From a virus: a stretch of 64,000 bases of DNA. The DNA is taken from positions 23,601 to 87,600 of the IMG/VR virus record IMGVR_UViG_3300009168_000041; one strand, 5' to 3'. Shown here in pieces: positions 1 through 9,727 of this stretch. Under the pieces are notes generated by a model, which was not told the origin of the DNA, ran no database searches, and saw nothing but the letters and a program-made list of their open reading frames with translations. Numbering within the stretch: position 1 is the stretch's first letter; each line of letters begins with the position of its first letter. A program made the translations under genes and the position numbers.

Positions 1-615
1 TCCGAGCGGGCGGCTGCCGAAAAGTTTGGGCGTGTGAAGCGGCTTATTAAAGAGCTTCCGGCCATCGACAAAAGCATTCGCCGCGATGCATCCACGAAAG
101 ACGAGGCGGCCGTATTGCTTCTCATGCGGAAGACAGGGATTCGCATTGGCTCGGAACGGGATACGAAAGCTGAGAAGCAAGCTTATGGGGCATCGACATT
201 GCGGGCAGAGCACGTCAAGATCGCCGGCGACAAGGTAACGCTCGCATTCACTGGCAAGAAGGGTGTTGATATCCGGCTGGAAGTCAAAGACAAGGAGCTT
301 GTCGAGGTGCTCAGAAGTCGAATGGAAAAAGGCGGGAAGCTGTTTGACACTGACGACACGCGGGTAAGGGATTACATGCACTCAATCGACGGCAAATTCA
401 AACCAAAAGACTTACGGACGATCAAGGCGGCGGACGTAGCACTGCAAACAATGAAGGGCATGTCGTCCCCGAAGAGCCAGGCGGAATTCAAAAAGTTCCG
501 CAACGCGATAGGCGATGCAGTGGCGGCCAAGCTAGGAAACACGCGGGCCGTGGCGTTGGCAAGCTATGTGCCGCCCGAGGTCTTTTCACCGTGGAAGGCG
601 AAGCTGGGGATATGA
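1..615 (+). CDS. DNA topoisomerase IB catalytic domain (5'-truncated at window edge)
   Basis: Motifs GIRIGSE, FTGKKG, KDLRT and LGNT..SY give the R-K-R-N-Y catalytic pentad of bacterial/viral TopIB. The frame is open back to the window start. Confidence 0.88.
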   Translation, partial: SERAAAEKFGRVKRLIKELPAIDKSIRRDASTKDEAAVLLLMRKTGIRIGSERDTKAEKQAYGASTLRAEHVKIAGDKVTLAFTGKKGVDIRLEVKDKELVEVLRSRMEKGGKLFDTDDTRVRDYMHSIDGKFKPKDLRTIKAADVALQTMKGMSSPKSQAEFKKFRNAIGDAVAAKLGNTRAVALASYVPPEVFSPWKAKLGI

Positions 616-1643
616 GCGCACAAGAAGACTACAGCAGACTCGAAGCGTGGGCGGATTCCGTCCATTATGTCGGCGTCGGTGGCGGCAACCAGTGGGATGA
701 CGATGAGACGCTTGCGGCGGAATGGTGGGATACGCCGGAGACGCAAGATGATCCCGACGATGAGGAGGATGAGGATAATGTTTCATCAGATACGTCGAAG
801 CGATTTGCGGAAGTGTTAGGCAAGGGCGGCCCGGGGAGCGGCAACTTTGGACACGCGGGGCGGCCGGGAGAAGTCGGGGGGAGTGGGCCGGGGGGCGCGA
901 CGGGCGAGGTGAACCCGAAGGTCGAGGCGTGGGCGCGGCAGCGGTTCGGCAGTGAGGAGAAGGCGCAGGCATTTACCAAATGGTTTGGACAGAGCAAAGT
1001 AGTCGATGAGAATGGCGAGCCGCTGGTCGTGTATCATGGGAATCGAGGTGAATCGTTCAATGAATTCGATGCGAGTAAGAATCGTGAACCACCGATGCCG
1101 AATGGATTGAAGCCGTGGTTTTTTGCCAATGATGAGACTATAGCTGGCAGTTATGGGCCAAATATCCAGTCATTCTATCTGCGAATGGATAATGTATTAG
1201 ACGTAACAGAAGTTCCTGTCTGGAATAAGGAGACTGCTGAACGAGATTCAATGTTTGTCCGTTCAGGGGACTACCGCAGGTTTCCTTATTCTTTACGAAA
1301 GGAACTGGAACAAGATGGAGTAAAGGGCGAAACTGATACGCAGCATATTCTTGATTGGATGGACAGTAAAGGCATCGCCTATGCTAAATGGAATTATGCC
1401 AACGCAATGAAGAAGTTTGGTACAAAGTATGATGGGATCATTGCCCGTAACACCCTAGATACATTCGGATCCGAGACACGGGGAGATATCTATATTGCCT
1501 TTAGACCCACTCAAATCAAGTCCACCAACAACCGTGGCACGTTCTCGCCGGACTCATCCGACATCCGCAAGTCCATCAAGCAAGGTTGGTCCGACGCCCC
1601 GCTCACCGAAGGCATCGAAAGCAAGGAGGCGGATACGGAATGA
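612..1643 (+). CDS. Head-associated polyvalent-type protein with ADP-ribosyltransferase-like (ART-PolyVal) domain
   Basis: ATGA overlap with TopIB. Acidic N-terminus, GGPGSGNFGHAGRPGEVGGS motif, then FTKWFGQSKVVDENGEPLVVYHG...YDGII...YIAFRPTQIKS..NRGTF. Confidence 0.7.
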   Translation: MSAQEDYSRLEAWADSVHYVGVGGGNQWDDDETLAAEWWDTPETQDDPDDEEDEDNVSSDTSKRFAEVLGKGGPGSGNFGHAGRPGEVGGSGPGGATGEVNPKVEAWARQRFGSEEKAQAFTKWFGQSKVVDENGEPLVVYHGNRGESFNEFDASKNREPPMPNGLKPWFFANDETIAGSYGPNIQSFYLRMDNVLDVTEVPVWNKETAERDSMFVRSGDYRRFPYSLRKELEQDGVKGETDTQHILDWMDSKGIAYAKWNYANAMKKFGTKYDGIIARNTLDTFGSETRGDIYIAFRPTQIKSTNNRGTFSPDSSDIRKSIKQGWSDAPLTEGIESKEADTE

Positions 1644-2392
1644 CCGGCTGTTTCGTCCGCGCCCTCTGGGGTGACGAGTACACGCAAGCCCACCCGGGCA
1701 CGCGCCCGCGCCCGTGCAAGACCCGCATGGATGTGCGGGCCGCTCTCCAGTGGCCGAACCGCCTTACCTCTCCCGTGGCCGTCTACAGCTTCGGCGTGGC
1801 CAACCAGCGATTCCTGGAGAAGTTGGGCGTGCGGTCGGTCATGCTGTCTGACGAGTACCTCCCTGGCTGCTTCAGCGGCGACGACCGGAACGTCAAAAAG
1901 CACGGGCAAGTCCACTGGGGCGTCAACCCGTTCAAGTACAAGATTGACGCGATTGCCGACGCCCTGAAAACCTATCCCGATGTCGTCTGGCTCGACTGGG
2001 ACGTGGAACCCGTCGCTCCCGAGCCGCCGGACCTATGGGAAAAACTAGCATGGGACCAGCCGCTCCAGGCGGCCGTGCGAACGCTCCGGGCCCGCTCGGC
2101 GAAGTGGCGGACGGGTGACGAGGCGGGAATGCGGGTTCAGCATCATGGGGCGTTCGTGTACATACGTGGACGCGAAACCGTGCGGCGGCTGCAAACCCTC
2201 GTGGCCGAACGCCCAACGGAGACGGAGGAGCACGCCATCGGCCGGCTGGTTGACGAGATGATGGGCGGCCGGTGGCTCGGGCTGGACACGTATCGGGAAA
2301 TGGGGTTCGTGCCATATTGCTATGACGTAGGGGACAAGCACAATAAGGTGTGGGACGCGGAAGAGGTGGTGTTTATGAACAGGGGAAGATAA
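1640..2392 (+). CDS. GT-A-like glycosyltransferase, paralog 1 of 6
   Basis: GCFVRALWGD N-terminus; VVWLDWD DxD motif; GGAGG RBS; ATGA coupling. Confidence 0.65.
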   Translation: MTGCFVRALWGDEYTQAHPGTRPRPCKTRMDVRAALQWPNRLTSPVAVYSFGVANQRFLEKLGVRSVMLSDEYLPGCFSGDDRNVKKHGQVHWGVNPFKYKIDAIADALKTYPDVVWLDWDVEPVAPEPPDLWEKLAWDQPLQAAVRTLRARSAKWRTGDEAGMRVQHHGAFVYIRGRETVRRLQTLVAERPTETEEHAIGRLVDEMMGGRWLGLDTYREMGFVPYCYDVGDKHNKVWDAEEVVFMNRGR

Positions 2393-2410
2393 CAAACGTG
2401 AAGGAATATC

Positions 2411-3451
2411 ATGCGAATTGTAGTAACGGGCGCGGTGGGCTTCATTGGCTCTTGGTTGTGCGAGCGGCTGATTGCCGATGAGCGTGATGTCGTCGGCGTG
2501 GACGATTTCAGCACGGGGCGGCACGAGAATGTCGGCTGCCTATTGAACGGCGACAGTCGTATGAGGATGTACTGTCATGACGCGGGCGACAAACTAATGA
2601 TGGAGCCAATTATCGCCGAGGCTGATTTTGTGTTCCATTTGGCTGCTACCGTAGGCGTCTTTCAGTACATGCAGGCAAGTGTCACAACCGTCCGCAATAA
2701 CGTCAACACCAGCGATACGGTGTTCGGGCTCTGCAATCGCTACCGCGTGCCGGTGCTCTTTACGAGCACGTCGGAAGTCTACGGCAAGTCGGCGGACGTG
2801 CCGTTCCGCGAGGATGCCGATATCGTCTTAGGGCCGTCCGAGCGGGCGCGGTGGGGCTACGCCGCAAGCAAGCTGACGGATGAGTTTTTGGCACTGGCCT
2901 ATCATCGGCAGTATGGCTTGCCAGTGCGAATCGTGCGGCTGTTCAATTGCGTTGGGCCGCGCCAGACGGGGCGATACGGTATGGTCGTGCCGCGGTTTGT
3001 CAGCCAGGCCAAAGCGGGGCAGCCGATGACGGTGTTCGGCGACGGCAACCAGACGCGGTGTTTTTGTTCTGTCCACGATATCGTGGATGGACTGATTGCC
3101 ATTGCTGGTTGCGGGGCCGCGGTGGGGCGGGTGGTGAATCTCGGAACTGACGAGGAAGTGTCGATAAACGAATTGGCGGAAGAGGTGGCGTTCTACGTCA
3201 ACCCGCACGGCGGCATTGTGCATGTTTCGTACTCAGAAGCTTACGGGGAAGGGTTCGAGGATATGACGCGGCGGGTGCCGGACATCACGCGGGCAAGGGA
3301 ACTCATCGGTTGGAAGCCGAGGCTATCGCTGGCGGATATTCTCGTAGAGATGGCAAACGAAAGGAATACATCATGCAAGGGGGCTGCTTCGTCCGCTGTC
3401 TCTTCGGCGACGCCACCATCCCCAACTTCGCTTCCGTGCTCAACGAAGTAA
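2411..3451 (+). CDS. NAD-dependent nucleotide-sugar epimerase/dehydratase (extended SDR)
   Basis: VTGAVGFIGS, FHLAA, TSTSEVYG, YAASK, RLFNCVGPRQ, GDGNQTRCF. Confidence 0.95.
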   Translation: MRIVVTGAVGFIGSWLCERLIADERDVVGVDDFSTGRHENVGCLLNGDSRMRMYCHDAGDKLMMEPIIAEADFVFHLAATVGVFQYMQASVTTVRNNVNTSDTVFGLCNRYRVPVLFTSTSEVYGKSADVPFREDADIVLGPSERARWGYAASKLTDEFLALAYHRQYGLPVRIVRLFNCVGPRQTGRYGMVVPRFVSQAKAGQPMTVFGDGNQTRCFCSVHDIVDGLIAIAGCGAAVGRVVNLGTDEEVSINELAEEVAFYVNPHGGIVHVSYSEAYGEGFEDMTRRVPDITRARELIGWKPRLSLADILVEMANERNTSCKGAASSAVSSATPPSPTSLPCSTK

Positions 3452-4158
3452 AATGGTGCGTCGAGCGGCCCCACCAGCCCGAACCGACGCTCTGGTATGT
3501 CTTCGGCGAAGCCAACCGGGATGTCCTTCGCGATTGTGGTTGCCACCCCATCATGCTCTCGCCGGAACCGTTCTGCTACTTCGGCCACGACGACGGCAGC
3601 GGCATTAGCCACGACGGTCTGGTTCGCGGCGGCTCTAGCCTATGGCGGCACAAGTATCCGGCCATTGCGGACGCCTTGCACGTCTACCCGGCGGCTGTGT
3701 GGCTTGACTTCGATACGTTCCCATCGGGGGTCGTGCCGGCCGACTTCTGGACTCGGCTGGCGGCCGGGGCCGCATTCCAAGGCACCCTCGGGCAAATGGG
3801 CATGAAGCGGGCGAAGTGGCGAACGTGCGATGAGCGAAAGATACCGCTCGGGGCAATGCTCTACTTTCGTGGCCGCGAGTCCATCCAAGCGATGTTGGAC
3901 TTGTACGCCGAACATCCCGGCGAGTGGGACATGGTTGTGCTTGCCCGCCTGGCTGACCAGATGATGGGCGGTTGGAAGGGGCCGGAAGAGTACGTCAAGC
4001 AAGGATTTCAATTGTACTGCCACATACTGCTGCGGCGGCTGCGGTGGCAAGTCTACGCACCGGAGCAGCGGCTATTCGTGACGTTGACGGAGCATAAGCA
4101 GACGGTTCGCAAGGCGATAAAGGAATTGCAGGGTGGAATTGCGGACGGCGGAAATTGA
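3373..4158 (+). CDS. GT-A-like glycosyltransferase, paralog 2
   Basis: GCFVRCLFGD; WRHKYPAI; AVWLDFD. Confidence 0.65.
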   Translation: MQGGCFVRCLFGDATIPNFASVLNEVKWCVERPHQPEPTLWYVFGEANRDVLRDCGCHPIMLSPEPFCYFGHDDGSGISHDGLVRGGSSLWRHKYPAIADALHVYPAAVWLDFDTFPSGVVPADFWTRLAAGAAFQGTLGQMGMKRAKWRTCDERKIPLGAMLYFRGRESIQAMLDLYAEHPGEWDMVVLARLADQMMGGWKGPEEYVKQGFQLYCHILLRRLRWQVYAPEQRLFVTLTEHKQTVRKAIKELQGGIADGGN

Positions 4159-4363
4159 AGCGGGAGCGGCCAAGGCGGCACCGGAACCCCTGGCTGATAA
4201 CTTGGCTGATAACCCGATGGATAACCCGACGGCTAACCTGACGGCCTTGGTAGGCAACCCACGCTGGGCGCGGGTGCATCGTCGGATATGGGACACGCCA
4301 GGCAGCATTCTGGATATCGGCTGCGCCGGGTGGCAGTGGAGCCGGCAATTCATCGGACGCCGC
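4133..4363 (+). pseudogene. 5' fragment of a SAM-dependent methyltransferase, cut by the IS1-family element (start uncertain)
   Basis: Motif I ILDIGCAG lies just before the left terminal inverted repeat at 4364. Confidence 0.6.
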
Positions 4364-4831
4364 GGTAGTGGTACAGTTTGAGGGGACTGGCAGAAAAAAC
4401 GCCAGGAAATAACCTAGGCCGCCAGTGTAACCAGCGGCCTAGGTTGGAAGTGTGCGCGACCCAGATGGCATAATGTGCGGGTTTTCACCGAGCCTGTAGT
4501 ATTTCCCCGAACGAGACCATCGGGTAATTGATATCTTTCCTTGGTGACGGGCTCAGATCCCAAGGCGCGCCTCCGTCAAAAACTCCGCCAAGCTACACCT
4601 TCCTTTCTCGGCCATGCGGCCGATCTGCTCATCATAGCTATTCGCCGGGTGAAAGCAACTCTTAGCCCCACCCCCCACAGTCTGAGACAAATGGCCGGGG
4701 GGAGATGGTCAGGAATTGTTACGTAAGTTTTCAGGCCGAAGAAAATAATCTTTGGACTGACTTGAGTGGTTGACAATCAAATTCGACATTGGTAAACTTC
4801 TCTCATGGTGCTAGATGCGAGGAGTGGACGT

Positions 4832-5191
4832 ATGGCAAATCCGGTCATCGAAAAGTTGCGACAAGCAATCGACGCGAAGCACGCCGAGGCATTGGCGAGC
4901 CTCACGAAGCTTGCGACCTACCTGGAGGATCTGGGGTCGCCGGCAACAAATGGACAGGGGCAGAAAGGCAAGAAGCCATCCCCTCGTGCGGGAACCGGGA
5001 AGATCCGAAATGCCGTCATCGCTGCCTTCCGGGAGGAATATTTGCCGGTTGACGTAGTGGCAGAACGGATCAAGAAGACGCCCCTTCAGGTTAGGGGTGT
5101 TGTGCTGTCACCGGCCATCAAGAAGCAGTTTTCCAAGAAGGAAGTCGATGGAGTGATGCACTACAAATACGAAGGAGCGACCAAAGAATGA
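4832..5191 (+). CDS. Hypothetical passenger protein, possibly winged-helix DNA-binding
   Basis: GAGGAG RBS; helical N-terminus, basic linker, HTH-like C-terminus. Confidence 0.6.
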   Translation: MANPVIEKLRQAIDAKHAEALASLTKLATYLEDLGSPATNGQGQKGKKPSPRAGTGKIRNAVIAAFREEYLPVDVVAERIKKTPLQVRGVVLSPAIKKQFSKKEVDGVMHYKYEGATKE

Positions 5192-5528
5192 AAATGGCCC
5201 GCGACATCCACGGCATGGAAAACTGAGGATGTCGGGGCCAATTCACCCAGCAGGGAGAGCATTGTCGGTGGCAAAGCCAATAAGACCACCGGAGGTGTCG
5301 CCTGAGCCTCCACCGCTCAGGCGGGGCGGGGTCCAAACCTGCCTTGCCTTGCTGGCTTTTAATGTTACCTAGTTTATCGCATGAAGTCAACGCCCTCATA
5401 CCTAATGTGGCGATGGTCGCTGTCTCCCTTGTTCTGGAGAGTGGCCCGCGTCTTGGCGGCGCAGCAGTCTTATAACCTGCCGGAGGGGTCCGCTTCTGCG
5501 CGGACGGGATCGTAACCCCCTCTCTCCG

Positions 5529-5717
5529 CTAGCCCCGTGCGATTCGCCGCTGGGCTCCCCGCATCAGCGTATTCCGAGCCCACTTGGACATCTTCACGCC
5601 CTCTAGCTGGGCCGCCTGTTCGCAGTCTGCCTTTTCGGCCGACGTGAGCCGGATTTGGACAACGTGGCCCTTACGCTCATCGGGGGGTTTAACCGGGGCT
5701 CCGCGTTTCTTTCCCAT
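5529..5717 (-). CDS. Ribbon-helix-helix DNA-binding protein (MobC/Arc-like), divergent from the transposase
   Basis: MGKKRGAP..VVQIRLTSAEKA..AA..G..MSKWARNTL. Confidence 0.75.
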   Translation of the reverse strand: MGKKRGAPVKPPDERKGHVVQIRLTSAEKADCEQAAQLEGVKMSKWARNTLMRGAQRRIARG

Positions 5718-5723
5718 AGCGGA

Positions 5724-5792
5724 ATTGTAGTGCAATTATTCTGGCTGTCAACCTGTTTTCCCTCTTGACTCCCAGAATAATTGCACTACAAT
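5724..5792. promoter_or_regulatory. Mirror-image divergent sigma70 promoters sharing a 21-bp inverted repeat (probable operator)
   Basis: ATTGTAGTGCAATTATTCTGG (5724-5744) and CCAGAATAATTGCACTACAAT (5772-5792); TTGACT-N16-TACAAT on +, TTGACA-N16-TACAAT on -. Confidence 0.8.
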
Positions 5793-5935
5793 AAATATAG
5801 ATGCTTGACAACCAGAACGAAAAACCCCGGCCGGGATTGGCGTCTCGACCGGGGCGAATCACAGACCGGCTTTCGCCAGAATGCGACCCGAGCAAGCCCA
5901 TTCTAGCGAGAGCCCCGACGAAAGGGAATCTCGCC

Positions 5936-6862
5936 ATGTCCAACATCCTCCCCCGCGAAAAGCAGATCGAAGTCCTTCACCACCTGGTTGAAGGCAACAC
6001 GCTCCGCAGCACGGCCCGCCTAACGGGCATTCACCGCACGACCATCACGAACCTCATGGTCCGCTTCGGCATGGTCTGTAAGGCGTTCATGGACCGCCAG
6101 CTACGCGGCCTGACGCTCAACCACGTTGAGGTTGACGAAATCTGGACGTTCGTTTGGAAGAAGCAAGGCCGCCTCACGGCCGAAGAGAAAGCCGAGTGCC
6201 ACGACCGCGGCGATATTTTCTTGTGGACTGCTTTGGACGCCGAAACGAAGCTGGTGGCTTCCTTCCTGGTAGGCAAGCGATCGGGCGACAACGCGCGGCG
6301 GCTCATGAAAGACCTAGCAAGCCGGCTGGTCATGCCCAAGCCTCACCAGAGCGATCCCCACGCCTACAAGGCCGGCGGGTACGTCTACGTCACTCGGCTG
6401 AGCAGCGATGCCTTCGCGGCCTACCCTGAGGCGGTGGACTTGGCTTTCGGTCCCTACGCCAAGTTTGGGACGATCAAGAAGGACTACCGCAACGCGGACC
6501 AGCCCGGTCGCTACGCCCCGCCGGAAATGGTCGGCACTGAGCGCCGCGGCGTGTTTGGGATACGGGAGGATGAGGAGCGGGGGATTTGCACGTCCCACGT
6601 CGAGCGCCACAACCTGACGATCCGAACCCTCATGAAGCGATTCACCCGGCTCTGCCTCGGCTTCTCCAAGAAGCTGGAGAACCTGGAAGCGGCCTGCGCC
6701 ATGTTTCTGGCGTTCTACAACTTCGTCTGGCGCACGAGGGACGCGAACGAGGGCCGGACCCGGGTGCCCGCCGCAATGGCCGCTGGCGTGGTCAAGAGCC
6801 TCTGGAGCTTCGAGAACCTGTTTGACCGCGTGATGGGCGGGCAACAGGCGATAGCAGCATGA
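5936..6862 (+). CDS. IS1-family DDE transposase (single ORF with N-terminal HTH)
   Basis: LVEGNTLRSTARLTG HTH; VEVDEIWTFV, SSDAFAAY, TSHVERHNLTIR..KRFTR...FSKK. Confidence 0.92.
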   Translation: MSNILPREKQIEVLHHLVEGNTLRSTARLTGIHRTTITNLMVRFGMVCKAFMDRQLRGLTLNHVEVDEIWTFVWKKQGRLTAEEKAECHDRGDIFLWTALDAETKLVASFLVGKRSGDNARRLMKDLASRLVMPKPHQSDPHAYKAGGYVYVTRLSSDAFAAYPEAVDLAFGPYAKFGTIKKDYRNADQPGRYAPPEMVGTERRGVFGIREDEERGICTSHVERHNLTIRTLMKRFTRLCLGFSKKLENLEAACAMFLAFYNFVWRTRDANEGRTRVPAAMAAGVVKSLWSFENLFDRVMGGQQAIAA

Positions 6863-7015
6863 TTCCCCTTGCCAAGGGGTGGGAAAATACAGAAAATGAA
6901 AGCGGCCGGTGGGGACCGGCCGCTTTCTCGTTTCTTGTGCCGCTGGGGCGACACTGGCATCAAGCTACCGCCATTGTACGCCCTCCGGCTTGGTCTAGCA
7001 AGGGGAGGGCGTGCG

Positions 7016-7597
7016 ATGGCGGAATCACGGGCGTGCATTGATTGTGGTCGTCTCGGTTGGGTGAACAACCAGGAAATCAATGAAGAGCGTCGGGATGAAA
7101 TCAGGACGCCACCGGCACATCGCGTCGATAGACTTCCCGTCTATTGCTATGGGAGTACCCACCGATTTCCAGAGACAAAGGAAACCGAAAGACACCGTAA
7201 CTCGCTCATGCAGGCTTGGGAATGTCCTCATGGGTTCATTCAACATTGCGATGGGCAAAGTCCAAAGGACCATCTTGAAATGATATCGCTAGAAGAAAAT
7301 CGGCGATGGCAAAAAGACCAAGAAATTGACCGTCGCCAATGGGAAGAAAAGCAAGAGAATGGCCGACAAGCTTGGGAGGAGAAACGTGAGAGCTGGCATG
7401 TTCGACAGGGGCATCGTACCTTGATGGTTGCCGCAGTTGCTGTTATTGTAGCGGTCCTTTCTCCATTCGTGCAGTGGTGGTTAAGTCAACAAAGTCAGCC
7501 CACGGCTGTTGTTCCACAACCGTCAGTTTCTACTTTCGCACCTGCCAACCAAGCAAATAGTCTCCCTGCATCCACGGATTCTTCCTCCGGAGACTGA
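7016..7597 (+). CDS. Passenger membrane protein (Cys-containing N-terminus, coiled coil, one TM helix)
   Basis: CIDC motif; QxWEEK repeats; hydrophobic LMVAAVAVIVAVLSPFVQWWL. Confidence 0.6.
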   Translation: MAESRACIDCGRLGWVNNQEINEERRDEIRTPPAHRVDRLPVYCYGSTHRFPETKETERHRNSLMQAWECPHGFIQHCDGQSPKDHLEMISLEENRRWQKDQEIDRRQWEEKQENGRQAWEEKRESWHVRQGHRTLMVAAVAVIVAVLSPFVQWWLSQQSQPTAVVPQPSVSTFAPANQANSLPASTDSSSGD

Positions 7598-8072
7598 CGC
7601 CACGAACGCCAACGAACTGGACTTTCTGAAAGATCAGACGTTACCGCCCTCAGCGGGACGCAAGGGCTGGCCGCCGTGGGTCTGCTGGTCGCTCATCGGG
7701 GCAAACGTGGTCGTTCTGCTCTGCCTATGTTGGGTTGGTTACCTTGTGTTTTTCGGAAGCAAACCGAAACAGCAACCATCCCGCGTGACTAAGGCCAATT
7801 ATGACAAGATCCACGAGGGAATGAGTGAACAGGATGTGACAACCATTCTGGGGCATGGGCAGGCGTTTGTGGAGTTGACCTTGCCGAAGCGACAACCAGA
7901 GACAGGTCTAGTGCCGATCAAGGAATGGAGCCAAGCGTTTCAAGAATCTGTCCTGCGGAAACCAAATCCAACGTCCATGAAGAGCGTGAAGTGGGTGACC
8001 AGCCGGTGCATGATCGAAGTCACTTTCAGCGATGGAGTCGTCAAGCAGAAAAGTTACGAAGTCCTTCAGTAA
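7509..8072 (+). CDS. Passenger membrane-anchored protein with BLIP/SmpA-like domain (start uncertain)
   Basis: TM segment, then VTKANYDKIHEGMSEQDVTTILG...IEVTFSDGVV. Confidence 0.6.
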   Translation: MFHNRQFLLSHLPTKQIVSLHPRILPPETDATNANELDFLKDQTLPPSAGRKGWPPWVCWSLIGANVVVLLCLCWVGYLVFFGSKPKQQPSRVTKANYDKIHEGMSEQDVTTILGHGQAFVELTLPKRQPETGLVPIKEWSQAFQESVLRKPNPTSMKSVKWVTSRCMIEVTFSDGVVKQKSYEVLQ

Positions 8073-8143
8073 CCCCTGCTAGCGGTACTCCTCCACGATT
8101 TCCCTTGACACTTGGGAATTCCCCGGCAAAGTGTACCACTACC

Positions 8144-8287
8144 TGGCAGTTTCCTGATTTGCGGAAGTCGTGGACGAACGTTATCATAAGGCAATTGGCG
8201 GAGTGGTATGAGCCGGCGGTGCGACTGCAAGAGAAGTTCAATTGGTGGCTGTTTCTGGCCAGAGAAACGCGAGCGGCGGCGATATGA
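8144..8287 (+). pseudogene. 3' fragment of the gene interrupted by the IS
   Basis: Open frame from the right IR to a TGA that overlaps the next ATG (ATGA 8284-8287). Confidence 0.55.
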
Positions 8288-9117
8288 GTGATAGTAGAGG
8301 CACGGTTGGTAACGGCGGAACGGGCGGTAACAGAAGCAATGGCGATCATCGCGGCTGTTTTGTCCGGGCCCTCTGGGGCGACCGCCTTATCCCCATTTTT
8401 CAGCAAGTGCTAGACGAGGTAACGTGGTGCCTGGAGCAGCCGCACCAACCGGCCCCGACGGCCTGGTATGCCTACGGGTGGGAAAATTACAAGTGGCTGA
8501 AGCAGCATGGTTGCGACGCGGAACTCTTGGATGAACTGCCGTTCCGGGTCTTCGCGAACGCCACGGCAGAAGAGAATGCGGACCCGGAGTATATCACGCG
8601 GTACGGCAGTTCAATGTGGCGGCACAAGTATCCCGCGATCCGCGAGGCATTGCGGCATTATCCAGCCGTCGTGTGGATGGACTTGGATACGGTTCTAACG
8701 GGACCATTGCCGAAAGACTTCTGGGGCCGCATGGCTGCCGGTGCGGAATTCCAATGCACGCTACAGCAAAATTTCCGCAAGCGGGCGGGCTGGCGAGGGC
8801 TCGACAATGAGCCGCGTAAAACGCCGGGCGGAAATTGGATGTACTTTCGCGGCACGAATGCCATAGACCGGCTGTTGCGCCTCTACGAAGAGCATCCAGG
8901 TGAATGGGACTTGACGGTGCTGGCACGCCTCACCGATGAACTTATGGGGGGGACGTGGCTGGGTTCGGCGGCGTACAAGGAACAAGGGTACGAACCCTAT
9001 TGTCATTCGCTCGGGCGGCGGGCGGGCCGGCAGATATACCCGCCTGAGGAAACGCTTTTCCTGACCCACTGGCGGAAGACCGGGCTCGTTAAGATTGGGA
9101 AGCGGGGAAGCAAGTAA
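8284..9117 (+). CDS. GT-A-like glycosyltransferase, paralog 3
   Basis: GCFVRALWGD; WRHKYPAI; VVWMDLD; closest to paralog 2. Confidence 0.65.
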   Translation: MSDSRGTVGNGGTGGNRSNGDHRGCFVRALWGDRLIPIFQQVLDEVTWCLEQPHQPAPTAWYAYGWENYKWLKQHGCDAELLDELPFRVFANATAEENADPEYITRYGSSMWRHKYPAIREALRHYPAVVWMDLDTVLTGPLPKDFWGRMAAGAEFQCTLQQNFRKRAGWRGLDNEPRKTPGGNWMYFRGTNAIDRLLRLYEEHPGEWDLTVLARLTDELMGGTWLGSAAYKEQGYEPYCHSLGRRAGRQIYPPEETLFLTHWRKTGLVKIGKRGSK

Positions 9118-9139
9118 CACGGGAAGGACCAGGTAATAT

Positions 9140-9721
9140 ATGAAGCGATATCATCATGACTTTTGCCGAAACGCAATTGCCAGGTGCCGCGAGTCAGTAC
9201 GCGGCACGCTCTGGGCGGCGGAAATCGGCGTGGCCAGCGGCGAAAATTCGGCGGAGATGCTGAAAGCCTTTCCGGATTTGCACCTCCTGATGATTGATCC
9301 TTGGTCGGGGAACGCGGACTATCTCCAAAGCCTTCCAAGGAAAGGGGCATGGGCCGAACTGCTCAAGGATGTCGATGGGTTGCTTCGGGAGCAGCAGAAG
9401 TGGTATGAGACGGCAGTTCGGAATACGGAGTTTGCCAGTACCCGCCGGGTTGTAATCCGAATGCCGTCGGTCGAGGCCGCCACTATCATACCCGACGGCC
9501 TGCTGTCTTTCGTTTTCATCGACGGAGACCACCGCCAGCAATCCGTGGATGCCGATATGCGGGCGTACTGGCCGAAGGTGCGGCCGGGCGGGATATTCGC
9601 GGGGCACGACTACGGGACGAGGGGGCATATTTCGGTTGGTCTGGCCGTGAATCAGTGGTTTGCGGAAACGGGTCTGCAATTTCAGGTGTTAGGACGTTGC
9701 TGGTATCACGATAAGGTATAG
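9140..9721 (+). CDS. Class I SAM methyltransferase (Methyltransf_24-like, probable sugar O-methyltransferase)
   Basis: AEIGVASG, MIDPW, FIDGDH, VRPGGIFAGHDY. Confidence 0.9.
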   Translation: MKRYHHDFCRNAIARCRESVRGTLWAAEIGVASGENSAEMLKAFPDLHLLMIDPWSGNADYLQSLPRKGAWAELLKDVDGLLREQQKWYETAVRNTEFASTRRVVIRMPSVEAATIIPDGLLSFVFIDGDHRQQSVDADMRAYWPKVRPGGIFAGHDYGTRGHISVGLAVNQWFAETGLQFQVLGRCWYHDKV

Positions 9722-9727
9722 GGCTTT

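Larger units (their letters stand above)
4364..8143 (+). mobile_element. IS1-family transporter IS (3780 bp) with passenger genes
   Basis: Terminal IRs GGTAGTGGTACAGTTTG (4364-4380) and CAAAGTGTACCACTACC (8127-8143), 16/17 match; internal IS1-type transposase; no target duplication visible. Confidence 0.85.
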
